A stretch of 63,215 nt of DNA, counting the filler, from Craspedostauros australis (Eukaryota), in NCBI GenBank assembly GCA_030167865.1. It is 12 parts of 12 records of this genome, joined end to end, with 100 filler letters (N's around TTAATTAATTAA, not from the genome) between each part and the next. Parts side by side here need not be neighbours in the genome. Positions count along the whole stretch, not along the records: positions 33,899 to 44,548 come from JALAGF010003522.1; positions 44,649 to 46,417 come from JALAGF010003523.1; positions 46,518 to 49,463 come from JALAGF010003524.1; positions 49,564 to 52,509 come from JALAGF010003525.1; positions 52,610 to 54,542 come from JALAGF010003526.1; positions 54,643 to 57,124 come from JALAGF010003527.1; 6 more parts are not named here. One strand, written 5' to 3'. How positions within the stretch are numbered: position 1 is the stretch's first letter; the number at the start of each line of letters is the position of its first letter. This document shows positions 44,101 through 55,065 of this stretch, piece by piece. A program made the position numbers and the translations under genes. Below the pieces are notes generated by a model, which did not search any database, was not told where the DNA came from, and worked only from the letters and a program-made list of their open reading frames with translations.

Positions 44101-44548
44101 CCGGCTGTAACCAATTTTTTTGGTTACAGTTGGTTACAGTTGGTTACAAGAATAATGTCGTGTAGATCGTGGTACACGTTCTACGTAAGTCCCGAACAAA
44201 AAAGGCCAAAAACAGCATCAACCAAAGTTAAACTCTCCGGACTTAGCTCGTATGGACCATCCTGTACTCGTCTCTCTATAGTAGCATCATATGGCGTTTA
44301 TATATACAAAACTAAAGTTTGGTGTCTGTTGCTCTCTTGCTCGGTGAGCACTGATGCCATTCATCAAGCACCCCCATCATTCACGGACGTTTTTGGCTTC
44401 TGATTGCCATGTTTTCTTATTCTGATTGGTCCAAAGAAGTGTTCCAACCATCGCTGACGTCACGATGACGCAGGTGTTGGAACCAGATTTCTCCAAACTT
44501 GCCACCGAAATTGGGGATCCGAGTGGTCAAATATCATTCCGACCTCCA
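44097..44548. mobile_element. Putative DNA-transposon/MITE terminus with subterminal repeats
   Basis: CTGTAACCAA (44105-44114) is inverted against three tandem TTGGTTACA[G/A] (44120-44149). Composition shifts AT-richer and the contig breaks soon after. No second end or transposase is visible. Confidence 0.45.
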
Positions 44549-44648
44549 NNNNNNNNNNNNNNNNNNNNNNNNNNNNNNNNNNNNNNNNNNNNTTAATTAA
44601 TTAANNNNNNNNNNNNNNNNNNNNNNNNNNNNNNNNNNNNNNNNNNNN
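44549..44648. other. Artificial contig linker
   Basis: N44-TTAATTAATTAA-N44. Confidence 0.99.
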
Positions 44649-44789
44649 CAAAGCAAAACCTGAGAATGGTTGATGGCCATCGTTTCATCTTTCGAGTGTT
44701 GCTCTGTTTCCATCATGTCAACAACCCACGAGTGTGACCGCGAGAATGTACGAGTATGATCATGAGCATCTGCATCCACCGATTCAGCA

Positions 44790-45719
44790 ATGGGCTCATC
44801 CATTGATCCTGTCATAATCCTGTGTCCAACCAACAAACCAACCAATCAACCAATCAACCACGAACATCAACACGATCGCAAACATCACATCAACGCAGAC
44901 AACGTCTGGCGGTACATCAAGGACCTAAACATGACAAGGGATGAGGCAAGGACACGTGATGAGTTGATCCTAAATCGACTCAAAATCTCTAAGATTTCAC
45001 ACGTAAACACGGTCACGCATGACCGCGACTATCGCTGTCCGTCGTTCTTCATGGGCAATCCGAAGTTTCATCACGACGGAATTGAAGGTCGACAGCCGCA
45101 CGAAGTCGTCCTCTGCAGACCGAATTTGCATGACATAGAACATTATGTCTTCGTCTACACAACAGGAAACGGTAGCGGCAGGACCACTGAGCTTGCTGCG
45201 AGTGCGACCTTGCGAGGTGGCATCCTCAGCATCGTCACTACCGCAGACAAGGACATACCTCCCGAGATTGTAGGGTGGGAACGAGAACAGGCATGTATAG
45301 AGAAGCTCAAGGCTCTTTTGGATGAAGCCATCAAAGAAAATCCAACAGCCCTCCGCATCATCATCAGGACGATGAATGAATGCAGGGAGCCCAAAGCAAG
45401 TGGTGACCATCAAGCAAGACTCGAGCGTGTTCGAATCGTGTTCTGTATTGACGACGCACACGATTGCCCAAATCTGATAACGGGAATCGTACGCGAGCCA
45501 CTGGACATAGGCGACAAGATGGGATGGTACATCGCGAGCGGATGTGATGGCAAGCTGGGAGGGAATTGCAAGACAGAGCGAAAGATTANTGTCGTCTTCT
45601 CTGTGGTTGGCACAGGGCAATACGGAAGGTCTGTCGGATCCCTTCCTTCATATTATGATTGTTTCACACCAAGCTGGCAGAAGTTGGACAAGACGTCGTC
45701 GGATACGTTGTCAGACTAG
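44790..45719 (+). CDS. Degenerate P-loop NTPase-like protein, possibly a pseudogene
   Basis: YVFVYTTGNGSGRTT (Walker A-like, K>R), IVFCIDDAH (Walker B-like), later VVGTG. The same frame stays open after the TAG up to 46004. Confidence 0.5.
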   Translation: MGSSIDPVIILCPTNKPTNQPINHEHQHDRKHHINADNVWRYIKDLNMTRDEARTRDELILNRLKISKISHVNTVTHDRDYRCPSFFMGNPKFHHDGIEGRQPHEVVLCRPNLHDIEHYVFVYTTGNGSGRTTELAASATLRGGILSIVTTADKDIPPEIVGWEREQACIEKLKALLDEAIKENPTALRIIIRTMNECREPKASGDHQARLERVRIVFCIDDAHDCPNLITGIVREPLDIGDKMGWYIASGCDGKLGGNCKTERKIXVVFSVVGTGQYGRSVGSLPSYYDCFTPSWQKLDKTSSDTLSD

Positions 45720-46203
45720 AGTATTTCAACCTTCTCTGTACTCTTGGGTACCCTTTTCCAAGCACAAGGTCAAGGATCCGGCCATGCCTGGAAATCTCCG
45801 AATCGATGGTGCGAGAGACTCAGAGGGAATCGCTGCAGAATGCTTCACTCGAAGAATCCAAACAATCCTGACCAGCATCCTCTTGCGGTGCTTCGTGCGG
45901 TACTTTGTGCTGCGGCAGAGAAACTGAGTTCGAATGAGCATAATCATGAAATGTTGTTGCCATGTGAAACGAATAACTTCGTTAGATACTATACTCAACA
46001 TTAACGATCACAAGTGTTTGGTATTTCTACAATAGAAGCGAGAGGATGAACAAGCACTCGTGAGATGGCATCTCTATATTTAATTTATAGACTCTTCTTT
46101 CGCGTCTGCTCGTCGGCCGTTCGCAGACTCTATCGCCAACTTTGTTGTTGTTGCTTGTTGCATTGGTGGTGGGCTGGCCAGTTGCGCGCCACGGATTGTT
46201 ACC

Positions 46204-46417
46204 TACGAGCATGCCAGATCAGAATTCCAGATTCCCTCTTTCCTCTCTTTCACACAATGATACAAACAAGTCGGAGTAATCTGAATACTCAAGTCCAGTC
46301 CCGTTTCGATGTCAAGAGAGTGCATCGTGGATCCAAAAACACTAAAACCCGAACGCGGATTCTCATTCTTGACACACGCAGAAACGCACTCAAATACCCA
46401 ACAAAACCTGAGACTTC
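46204..46417 (+). repeat. Non-coding repeat element, copy B (downstream of the NTPase-like ORF, runs to contig end)
   Basis: Diverged direct copy of the reverse complement of 34627-34815. Confidence 0.88.
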
Positions 46418-46517
46418 NNNNNNNNNNNNNNNNNNNNNNNNNNNNNNNNNNNNNNNNNNNNTTAATTAATTAANNNNNNNNNNNNNNNNNNNNNNNNNNN
46501 NNNNNNNNNNNNNNNNN
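46418..46517. other. Artificial contig linker
   Basis: N44-TTAATTAATTAA-N44. Confidence 0.99.
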
Positions 46518-48146
46518 GGTCTGGCAACCCGTTCCACCTTCACTTTGCTCCGTGCGTACGACAGGACGCAATCAGGACGCTTGGCTTTCGCTTCGTTCTT
46601 GTCAGCAACGATCGGGTCAGTGTCGCTGTCGCTGCTCAACAGATAGATAATCTCTGGCTGTGCGCACAGAAGGCAACAAGGCGCATGTGTGGACAACGGT
46701 CAAAACGGAAAAAGAGAGGTGTGAGTAAGTGTTAATTAATCAATTGCAGTTCGTGTTTGTTCCAAGGGCGCAGCACTTACCTCGCTTCTGCTGCGGACTG
46801 GTGCTGGCACAAAGTCATACTTGCAGTCATCTTCAGACAAGCTGCCGGAGTCAAGAAGCGCGCACAATTTTTCAAGCTTGGGTTTGTCGTGTTGTTTGGG
46901 TGGGGAGGTGCGAAGCGCCTTCGTGGTGGGATTAGTGCGCGAGGCTCTGTTGGTCGGTTTGAGGGGAAGTGTTCTGTCTGGGAGCGCCTCCACCATACGG
47001 ACAAGTAGCATGGGCACGCGCGCGCTTTCTTGTTTTTTGATCGTGGATGAGTTAAGAGGGACAAGAGGTTCGATGAAGTTGATGTGGAGAAAAACGCCGG
47101 TGGGGTTGTTGTCAAGCATCCCCGCGACAACACATGGCAAGTCTTCACGGTGCACACGAGTTTGGGGCTCATCCGAATTCCAGACACACTTTGTCGCGCG
47201 CTTGTAGGCGAGTTTGCGTTCCTGTTGAAGGTAGAATCCGGTGGCATCGGGGGCTTTTTTGTTTTTTGGGTCGTGGTTGAACAAGGAAAGCAGTTCACGG
47301 TCTTGGTGCAATGTTGTATTGGTGAGTGCTGCATTGGCCTCCACCTTGATGTGGAGTTGAGTGCCGTTGACAATGATGCATTCAACATCATCCGCACATG
47401 TGCCACCAGGGAGAACGAAATCAATACCCAGGACACGATGGTTCTCGTGCAAGTACTCATGACGATGACCAATCAGTCCCACAGTTTTGTTGCGCTCAAG
47501 CCAGGACGCGGTTGTCAAAACTTTCCTCTCCTTGATTCGCGCAGGAGTGACCGGAACAGGTTCTNCGGGTTCAGACATTTCTTCCGTACAGGATTCTTCA
47601 CTCTCTCTGTTCACCAGTGTACTTACCTGTTCACTCTTGGCTGTCTTTTTGTTTGCTTTTTTCATTCGTGTTGGAGTGGTGGGGTGTTCGGTTGGCCCAG
47701 TTGATGCCGTTGATTGGGTGGAGGGAGAGGTGACGTTGTTTTGGGATGCGGTTTTGAGAAAGTGAGAGGGAGGAAGGGAGACGGCCCAACCGACTTCGGA
47801 TTGAAGGTACTCTTTGTTTTTGATGTACTGTTTTACATCCGGTGTGTTCTTCGGCTTTGTGGCTTCTGTGCAGACGTGTGAGTGAGAAATGTCCATTGTG
47901 CGCACATCATACGTGCACAACCAATCAATTTACTCACCACTACGTACCTGCCAACGCGACCTCCTCCATGTGCGTAATCCACAAGTTCCTGTAGTTGCGA
48001 GCGAAGTTTGCGCGGCTGAACACGTGCAGTTCAGGGTACTTGTCGTAGACGAAGTTCGCAGAGTAGGATTGTAGGATTTCACCACACTCTATCTTTCGTT
48101 TCAGCTCCACTACCTCGGGTGCGGTGCGCTTCCAGGATTTAGCCAT
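46518..48146 (-). CDS. Unknown spliced protein with small N-terminal helical domain and HSP20/alpha-crystallin-like domain; exons 47948-48146, 46781-47865, <=46657; 3' truncated
   Basis: In-frame GT-AG joins (LA/EATK, RSE/PEII). IDFVLPGG..DDVECIIVNGTQLHIKV and HREDLPCVV resemble alpha-crystallin strands. Confidence 0.55.
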
Positions 48147-49415
48147 GCTAGCAGTTTGATGAATGTAGTTGAGGGAGGCCTTGCTATTTTGTGAGTACAT
48201 TCCACCGTCAGCATCCATGCATCCACTCATGCAACACAACAGCTCGTCGGCCTGCTAGATTACTACGTTGATGTACATGGGACAGATTGAGTTACAGCAT
48301 CGCACAGGGTGAACGAATTCATGTAGCAGTAGGATTCTACACCCACAGTACAGTGTGACACATCACATGTCAGTGTGTGTTAGTACTCGTTTGTTGACTC
48401 CATGGCTGCTGGCACCTGACTCTTCGGTGGTGTACAGATCAGTGGATGGCCATGTCACTGTGCAAAGATCGTCGCATGCAGGCGGCTTCAACTCCGTAGT
48501 GAATGTTGACAACACCTATTCTATAGAACAATCGGTGTCACTGCCACAAGTGATGTCATCGTGGGGCCTACGATATGAATAGATTCATCGCATCTTTTGC
48601 AGCAGCCTAGCAGTTTAGATCCTCGCTCTCGCACGACGTGTGTTGACGTCCCATAGTGTTACATCATTGGTTGGTTTCCGCCACGTGACATGTAGGATGT
48701 GATATACAGCATTCCACGTCAGTTGTAGTTGAACCATACGCACGTCATCCATGTCATGTCAACAGGTCGACAGACACCACGCTATCCCTTCTTCGTGCGC
48801 AAGAAACGTTTGATCACATGACGTGTGCACCACACGGGGAACGCAAGGTTGACACGCACTTGGAGCCGCGGCACCCGCACATGCTCCACGCGGTTCCGAC
48901 AGTCGGATCCAACTCCATTTTTTCGCTTTTGCACACAACCAGTATCATTGCAGGACGAAGACATCAGTGCGACCACGACCATGCGGTTGTGTTTGTTCAC
49001 TGATGGAGGGATGCCAACTGGCGTGGTCGCGCAAAGACATTCCTGTTTGCACGACTGGTGGTAAATTGTGACGTTGGTGTGCGAGTCGTAATGGACACTT
49101 TCTGTGATGGCACTTTCCGCCACTGAACAACGCACGCCATTTTTTCTTTGTGTTGTCAGTGCTGCGACCACGAAATTACAAGACGCGCACAATTTGTGGT
49201 TTGCACACGGTTGGATGCATCATCCGCGTCGCCTGTCGTTTGTGTTGGCGCGTTGTCCTCGTTCGTGAGGTGTTTTTGTTCATGTTCGGAGTTGCCCTTG
49301 CGGCACACCAGGATATGCATGTCAACATGTACACATGAGCGTCATCATGTCGCTACCCTGCATGTTGGAGGATGCGTGTCAGCATTACGACAACTGCATT
49401 TGCGCACCGACACAG

Positions 49416-49463
49416 CATCGTATGCGTGTCAACGTATGCGTGTCATCGTATGCGTGTCATCGT
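49416..49463. repeat. 14-bp tandem repeat (CAWCGTATGCGTGT)x3.4 at contig end; also at 52462-52509
   Basis: Read directly from the sequence. Confidence 0.9.
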
Positions 49464-49563
49464 NNNNNNNNNNNNNNNNNNNNNNNNNNNNNNNNNNNNN
49501 NNNNNNNTTAATTAATTAANNNNNNNNNNNNNNNNNNNNNNNNNNNNNNNNNNNNNNNNNNNN
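49464..49563. other. Artificial contig linker
   Basis: N44-TTAATTAATTAA-N44. Confidence 0.99.
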
Positions 49564-51192
49564 GGTCTGGCAACCCGTTCCACCTTCACTTTGCTCCGTG
49601 CGTACGACAGGACGCAATCAGGACGCTTGGCTTTCGCTTCGTTCTTGTCAGCAACGATCGGGTCAGTGTCGCTGTCGCTGCTCAACAGATAGATAATCTC
49701 TGGCTGTGCGCACAGAAGGCAACAAGGCGCATGTGTGGACAACGGTCAAAACGGAAAAAGAGAGGTGTGAGTAAGTGTTAATTAATCAATTGCAGTTCGT
49801 GTTTGTTCCAAGGGCGCAGCACTTACCTCGCTTCTGCTGCGGACTGGTGCTGGCACAAAGTCATACTTGCAGTCATCTTCAGACAAGCTGCCGGAGTCAA
49901 GAAGCGCGCACAATTTTTCAAGCTTGGGTTTGTCGTGTTGTTTGGGTGGGGAGGTGCGAAGCGCCTTCGTGGTGGGATTAGTGCGCGAGGCTCTGTTGGT
50001 CGGTTTGAGGGGAAGTGTTCTGTCTGGGAGCGCCTCCACCATACGGACAAGTAGCATGGGCACGCGCGCGCTTTCTTGTTTTTTGATCGTGGATGAGTTA
50101 AGAGGGACAAGAGGTTCGATGAAGTTGATGTGGAGAAAAACGCCGGTGGGGTTGTTGTCAAGCATCCCCGCGACAACACATGGCAAGTCTTCACGGTGCA
50201 CACGAGTTTGGGGCTCATCCGAATTCCAGACACACTTTGTCGCGCGCTTGTAGGCGAGTTTGCGTTCCTGTTGAAGGTAGAATCCGGTGGCATCGGGGGC
50301 TTTTTTGTTTTTTGGGTCGTGGTTGAACAAGGAAAGCAGTTCACGGTCTTGGTGCAATGTTGTATTGGTGAGTGCTGCATTGGCCTCCACCTTGATGTGG
50401 AGTTGAGTGCCGTTGACAATGATGCATTCAACATCATCCGCACATGTGCCACCAGGGAGAACGAAATCAATACCCAGGACACGATGGTTCTCGTGCAAGT
50501 ACTCATGACGATGACCAATCAGTCCCACAGTTTTGTTGCGCTCAAGCCAGGACGCGGTTGTCAAAACTTTCCTCTCCTTGATTCGCGCAGGAGTGACCGG
50601 AACAGGTTCTNCGGGTTCAGACATTTCTTCCGTACAGGATTCTTCACTCTCTCTGTTCACCAGTGTACTTACCTGTTCACTCTTGGCTGTCTTTTGGTTT
50701 GCTTTTTTCATTCGTGTTGGAGTGGTGGGGTGTTTGGTTGGCCCAGCTGATGCCGTTGATTGGGTGGAGGGAGAGGTGACGTTGTTTTGGGATGCGGTTT
50801 TGAGAAAGTGAGAGGGAGGAAGGGAGACAGCCCAACCGACTTCGGATTGAAGGTACTCTTTGTTTTTGATGTACTGTTTTACATCCGGTGTGTTCTTCGG
50901 CTTTGTGGCTTCTGTGCAGACGTGTGAGTGAGAAATGTCCATTGTGCGCACATCATACGTGCACAACCAATCAATTTACTCACCACTACGTACCTGCCAA
51001 CGCGACCTCCTCCATGTGCGTAATCCACAAGTTCCTGTAGTTGCGAGCGAAGTTTGCGCGGCTGAACACGTGCAGTTCAGGGTACTTGTCGTAGACGAAG
51101 TTCGCAGAGTAGGATTGTAGGATTTCACCACACTCTATCTTTCGTTTCAGCTCCACTACCTCGGGTGCGGTGCGCTTCCAGGATTTAGCCAT
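49564..51192 (-). CDS. Second allele/copy of the 46518-48146 gene; exons 50994-51192, 49827-50911, <=49703
   Basis: Contig matches the previous one at offset 3046, apart from the four SNPs I could find. Confidence 0.55.
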
Positions 51193-52509
51193 GCTAGCAG
51201 TTTGATGAATGTAGTTGAGGGAGGCCTTGCTATTTTGTGAGTACATTCCACCGTCAGCATCCATGCATCCACTCATGCAACACAACAGCTCGTCGGCCTG
51301 CTAGATTACTACGTTGATGTACATGGGACAGATTGAGTTACAGCATCGCACAGGGTGAACGAATTCATGTAGCAGTAGGATTCTACACCCACAGTACAGT
51401 GTGACACATCACATGTCAGTGTGTGTTAGTACTCGTTTGTTGACTCCATGGCTGCTGGCACCTGACTCTTCGGTGGTGTACAGATCAGTGGATGGCCATG
51501 TCACTGTGCAAAGATCGTCGCATGCAGGCGGCTTCAACTCCGTAGTGAATGTTGACAACACCTATTCTATAGAACAATCGGTGTCACTGCCACAAGTGAT
51601 GTCATCGTGGGGCCTACGATATGAATAGATTCATCGCATCTTTTGCAGCAGCCTAGCAGTTTAGATCCTCGCTCTCGCACGACGTGTGTTGACGTCCCAT
51701 AGTGTTACATCATTGGTTGGTTTCCGCCACGTGACATGTAGGATGTGATATACAGCATTCCACGTCAGTTGTAGTTGAACCATACGCACGTCATCCATGT
51801 CATGTCAACAGGTCGACAGACACCACGCTATCCCTTCTTCGTGCGCAAGAAACGTTTGATCACATGACGTGTGCACCACACGGGGAACGCAAGGTTGACA
51901 CGCACTTGGAGCCGCGGCACCCGCACATGCTCCACGCGGTTCCGACAGTCGGATCCAACTCCATTTTTTCGCTTTTGCACACAACCAGTATCATTGCAGG
52001 ACGAAGACATCAGTGCGACCACGACCATGCGGTTGTGTTTGTTCACTGATGGAGGGATGCCAACTGGCGTGGTCGCGCAAAGACATTCCTGTTTGCACGA
52101 CTGGTGGTAAATTGTGACGTTGGTGTGCGAGTCGTAATGGACACTTTCTGTGATGGCACTTTCCGCCACTGAACAACGCACGCCATTTTTTCTTTGTGTT
52201 GTCAGTGCTGCGACCACGAAATTACAAGACGCGCACAATTTGTGGTTTGCACACGGTTGGATGCATCATCCGCGTCGCCTGTCGTTTGTGTTGGCGCGTT
52301 GTCCTCGTTCGTGAGGTGTTTTTGTTCATGTTCGGAGTTGCCCTTGCGGCACACCAGGATATGCATGTCAACATGTACACATGAGCGTCATCATGTCGCT
52401 ACCCTGCATGTTGGAGGATGCGTGTCAGCATTACGACAACTGCATTTGCGCACCGACACAGCATCGTATGCGTGTCAACGTATGCGTGTCATCGTATGCG
52501 TGTCATCGT

Positions 52510-52609
52510 NNNNNNNNNNNNNNNNNNNNNNNNNNNNNNNNNNNNNNNNNNNNTTAATTAATTAANNNNNNNNNNNNNNNNNNNNNNNNNNNNNNNNNNN
52601 NNNNNNNNN
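52510..52609. other. Artificial contig linker
   Basis: N44-TTAATTAATTAA-N44. Confidence 0.99.
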
Positions 52610-52745
52610 ACACAACTCATGACAATAGCGTGCGCACTTGACAGTGCAGCAGCACATCTGCAACACACGTGGGCCATGGCCATGCATCGGTACGTGTCAT
52701 GCTGTCCTTCTTGTTTCAACGCAACTCTTTCATCATGACAATGCT

Positions 52746-53528
52746 TCAAGCATGCCGCGGGCTCATTGCGTTGCGATCGTACTGCGTGGAGACATGGATC
52801 ATGCTGGTGCCCTTGTTTCTGTGATGATACCGATTGCGATCGCGCGGCACGATCCAGTCCTTGCTGCAGTACTCGTTGCAGCGATGCCGCGAGAAGAAGG
52901 AGCTGATGCCGGTGGGACCCAGATCGGTCGGTCCGTACGTGCCATCCTCGTTCGATGATATGATGGCTGGATCCGTCAGGACGATGCCGTTCTTGTAGAA
53001 GCCACCTTGCAGATCGCACAGCAGGCATGCGCCGTCGGTGATGTGGTAGGAGAAATGAGACAGCGCCTGCATGGCACGCGCCCACGAGAATCCGCTCTCG
53101 TTCCAGCCGCTGTTGGAATTGAGCTTCTCGTAGTTCTGGATGTACGGCTCCACGAGCAGCTTCGCACCGGCCATGGGACCGCGCTGCAGCGCCCAGATCT
53201 CGGGCGCATTGACGACGACCATCTTGTTGATGTAATCACCGCGGTTCCATTCCTCGATGATCATCATGGCCATGTCCACCGTCTTGATATCGGCGTCGAA
53301 GTAATGCGTCTCGTAGACGCTGCCTTGCTTGAATTGCTTTGCGACGCACCTCTCTCCCTTGCGCGCGCCGGAATCGTAGACGCCCTGGTAGACGAAGCGG
53401 AAGGCGCCCTCATCGAAGATCTCGCTCGTGTCCAACGTTGCATGATTCGAATTGTTGTGACGCGACGTGCGTGTCAGCGCCGACGCAGCAGGCGACGACG
53501 AGCAGAAGCCCTCGTAGCAACACAACAT
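52746..53528 (-). CDS. Stand-alone alpha-kinase (eEF2K/MHCK family); start uncertain
   Basis: FDEGAFR, VAKQFK, VEPYI..YEKLNSNSG, QALSHFSY, LCDLQG, LTDPAI, GPTDLG..GI..FF..H.CNEYC. Confidence 0.92.
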   Translation of the reverse strand: MLCCYEGFCSSSPAASALTRTSRHNNSNHATLDTSEIFDEGAFRFVYQGVYDSGARKGERCVAKQFKQGSVYETHYFDADIKTVDMAMMIIEEWNRGDYINKMVVVNAPEIWALQRGPMAGAKLLVEPYIQNYEKLNSNSGWNESGFSWARAMQALSHFSYHITDGACLLCDLQGGFYKNGIVLTDPAIISSNEDGTYGPTDLGPTGISSFFSRHRCNEYCSKDWIVPRDRNRYHHRNKGTSMIHVSTQYDRNAMSPRHA

Positions 53529-53654
53529 CGCGCCGATGCCATGCACTCGATCACGACGCGACACAATGCGACGCTCGACTCTGGTCGTGAAACGCAGGGT
53601 CGTCGTGAGCAGAGAGATGCGATCCGAATCTGGGCGCGCAGAATGAGGGTGTGA

Positions 53655-53694
53655 ATGTCGATGATGTCGATGATGTCGATGATGTCGATGATGT
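53655..53694. repeat. 9-bp tandem repeat (ATGTCGATG)x4 upstream of the alpha-kinase; mirror copy at 54900-54939
   Basis: Read directly from the sequence. Confidence 0.85.
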
Positions 53695-54542
53695 CTTCTT
53701 CTTGTGATGTGCGTTTCGTGTTGTGTTGTGGTGGTGTTGGTGTTGCCACAAAAATGATGCATGTGACATGTTGTTTCGCCAAAAAACATCTCAGTCGCCA
53801 AAACCTCGCGTCTGAGTCGTGCTTTGATGTTTGTTGTGTCGAGTCATGGCGGGTTGAATTGTCCTGTAGAACATTCAACGAACGATGGTATACTTGTGTT
53901 TCAACATAACGGACACTGTATGTATGTTGGATAACGGACGAACTGTAATTCTACAATGGCTGTCTTTTGCTGTCAAACAGTCATCATTGGAAACATACAA
54001 CGAACAAACAGACACGGCTTTCACAAACACACAGAACACAGTGCTGAGGCATCGAAGTTGGAGTACATGTTGTCCCCGACTCCTGTTCGCAGTACGCAGT
54101 GCAGCGCTTCCTTCCCAGGTCAGCCTTGACTTCGTCTCATCAGTCATTCATCCATATGAGCAGCCTGAGATTCCGCTCTTGGAGCTGGTCCGCCATCAAA
54201 CATCGATGAGTAGAGGCAGAATCAGAACACCAACACATCAACAGACCTTCACACGCAATGATGCGGAACACGCTCCTGCAATGATGGGTAGTTCAGATGT
54301 GTGACTGGTGTTCCCAGATCGCCGACGGAATGATGAACACGGCCTCCTGTGATGAAGGTGGGTCTGAGCACACGGATGCTGATCCTGTAACTTTACCCAA
54401 CTCCACACCATTTCCGTACGTTTGCGTTTTGTTGGTATTGGAGCCGCCAACCGATTGGTTCGATTTCGTTGGCACTCGTGAATCATTTGTCACGCACGAC
54501 CCAACAACCCGCGCGCCAAAAATCTCTCGCGCGCAGTTTCAG

Positions 54543-54642
54543 NNNNNNNNNNNNNNNNNNNNNNNNNNNNNNNNNNNNNNNNNNNNTTAATTAATTAANN
54601 NNNNNNNNNNNNNNNNNNNNNNNNNNNNNNNNNNNNNNNNNN
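54543..54642. other. Artificial contig linker
   Basis: N44-TTAATTAATTAA-N44. Confidence 0.99.
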
Positions 54643-55065
54643 GAATTACAGTTCGTCCGTTATCCAACATACATACAGTGTCCGTTATGTTGAAACACAA
54701 GTATACCATCGTTCGTTGAATGTTCTACAGGACAATTCAACCCGCCATGACTCGACACAACAAACATCAAAGCACGACTCAGACGCGAGGTTTTGGCGAC
54801 TGAGATGTTTTTTGGCGAAACAACATGTCACATGCATCATTTTTGTGGCAACACCAACACCACCACAACACAACACGAAACGCACATCACAAGAAGAAGA
54901 CATCATCGACATCATCGACATCATCGACATCATCGACATTCACACCCTCATTCTGCGCGCCCAGATTCGGATCGCATCTCTCTGCTCACGACGACCCTGC
55001 GTTTCACGACCAGAGTCGAGCGTCGCATTGTGTCGCGTCGTGATCGAGTGCATGGCATCGGCGCG

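Noticed and set aside
33899..45356. Inverted repeats flanking Nup98, as if captured by a transposon
   Set aside because: The second arm is a separate contig overlapping the first
46730..46743. Natural TTAATTAAT resembling the linker
   Set aside because: No N padding; lies inside a predicted intron; chance match
48330..49064. Possible decayed coding frame (transposase relic) with TGA/TAG stops
   Set aside because: Stop density is about the random expectation, and I recognise no DDE, RT or integrase motif
54495..54542. CGCGCGCCAAAA (E2F-like site) at a contig end as a transposon terminus
   Set aside because: Short, no partner end and no second copy in the window
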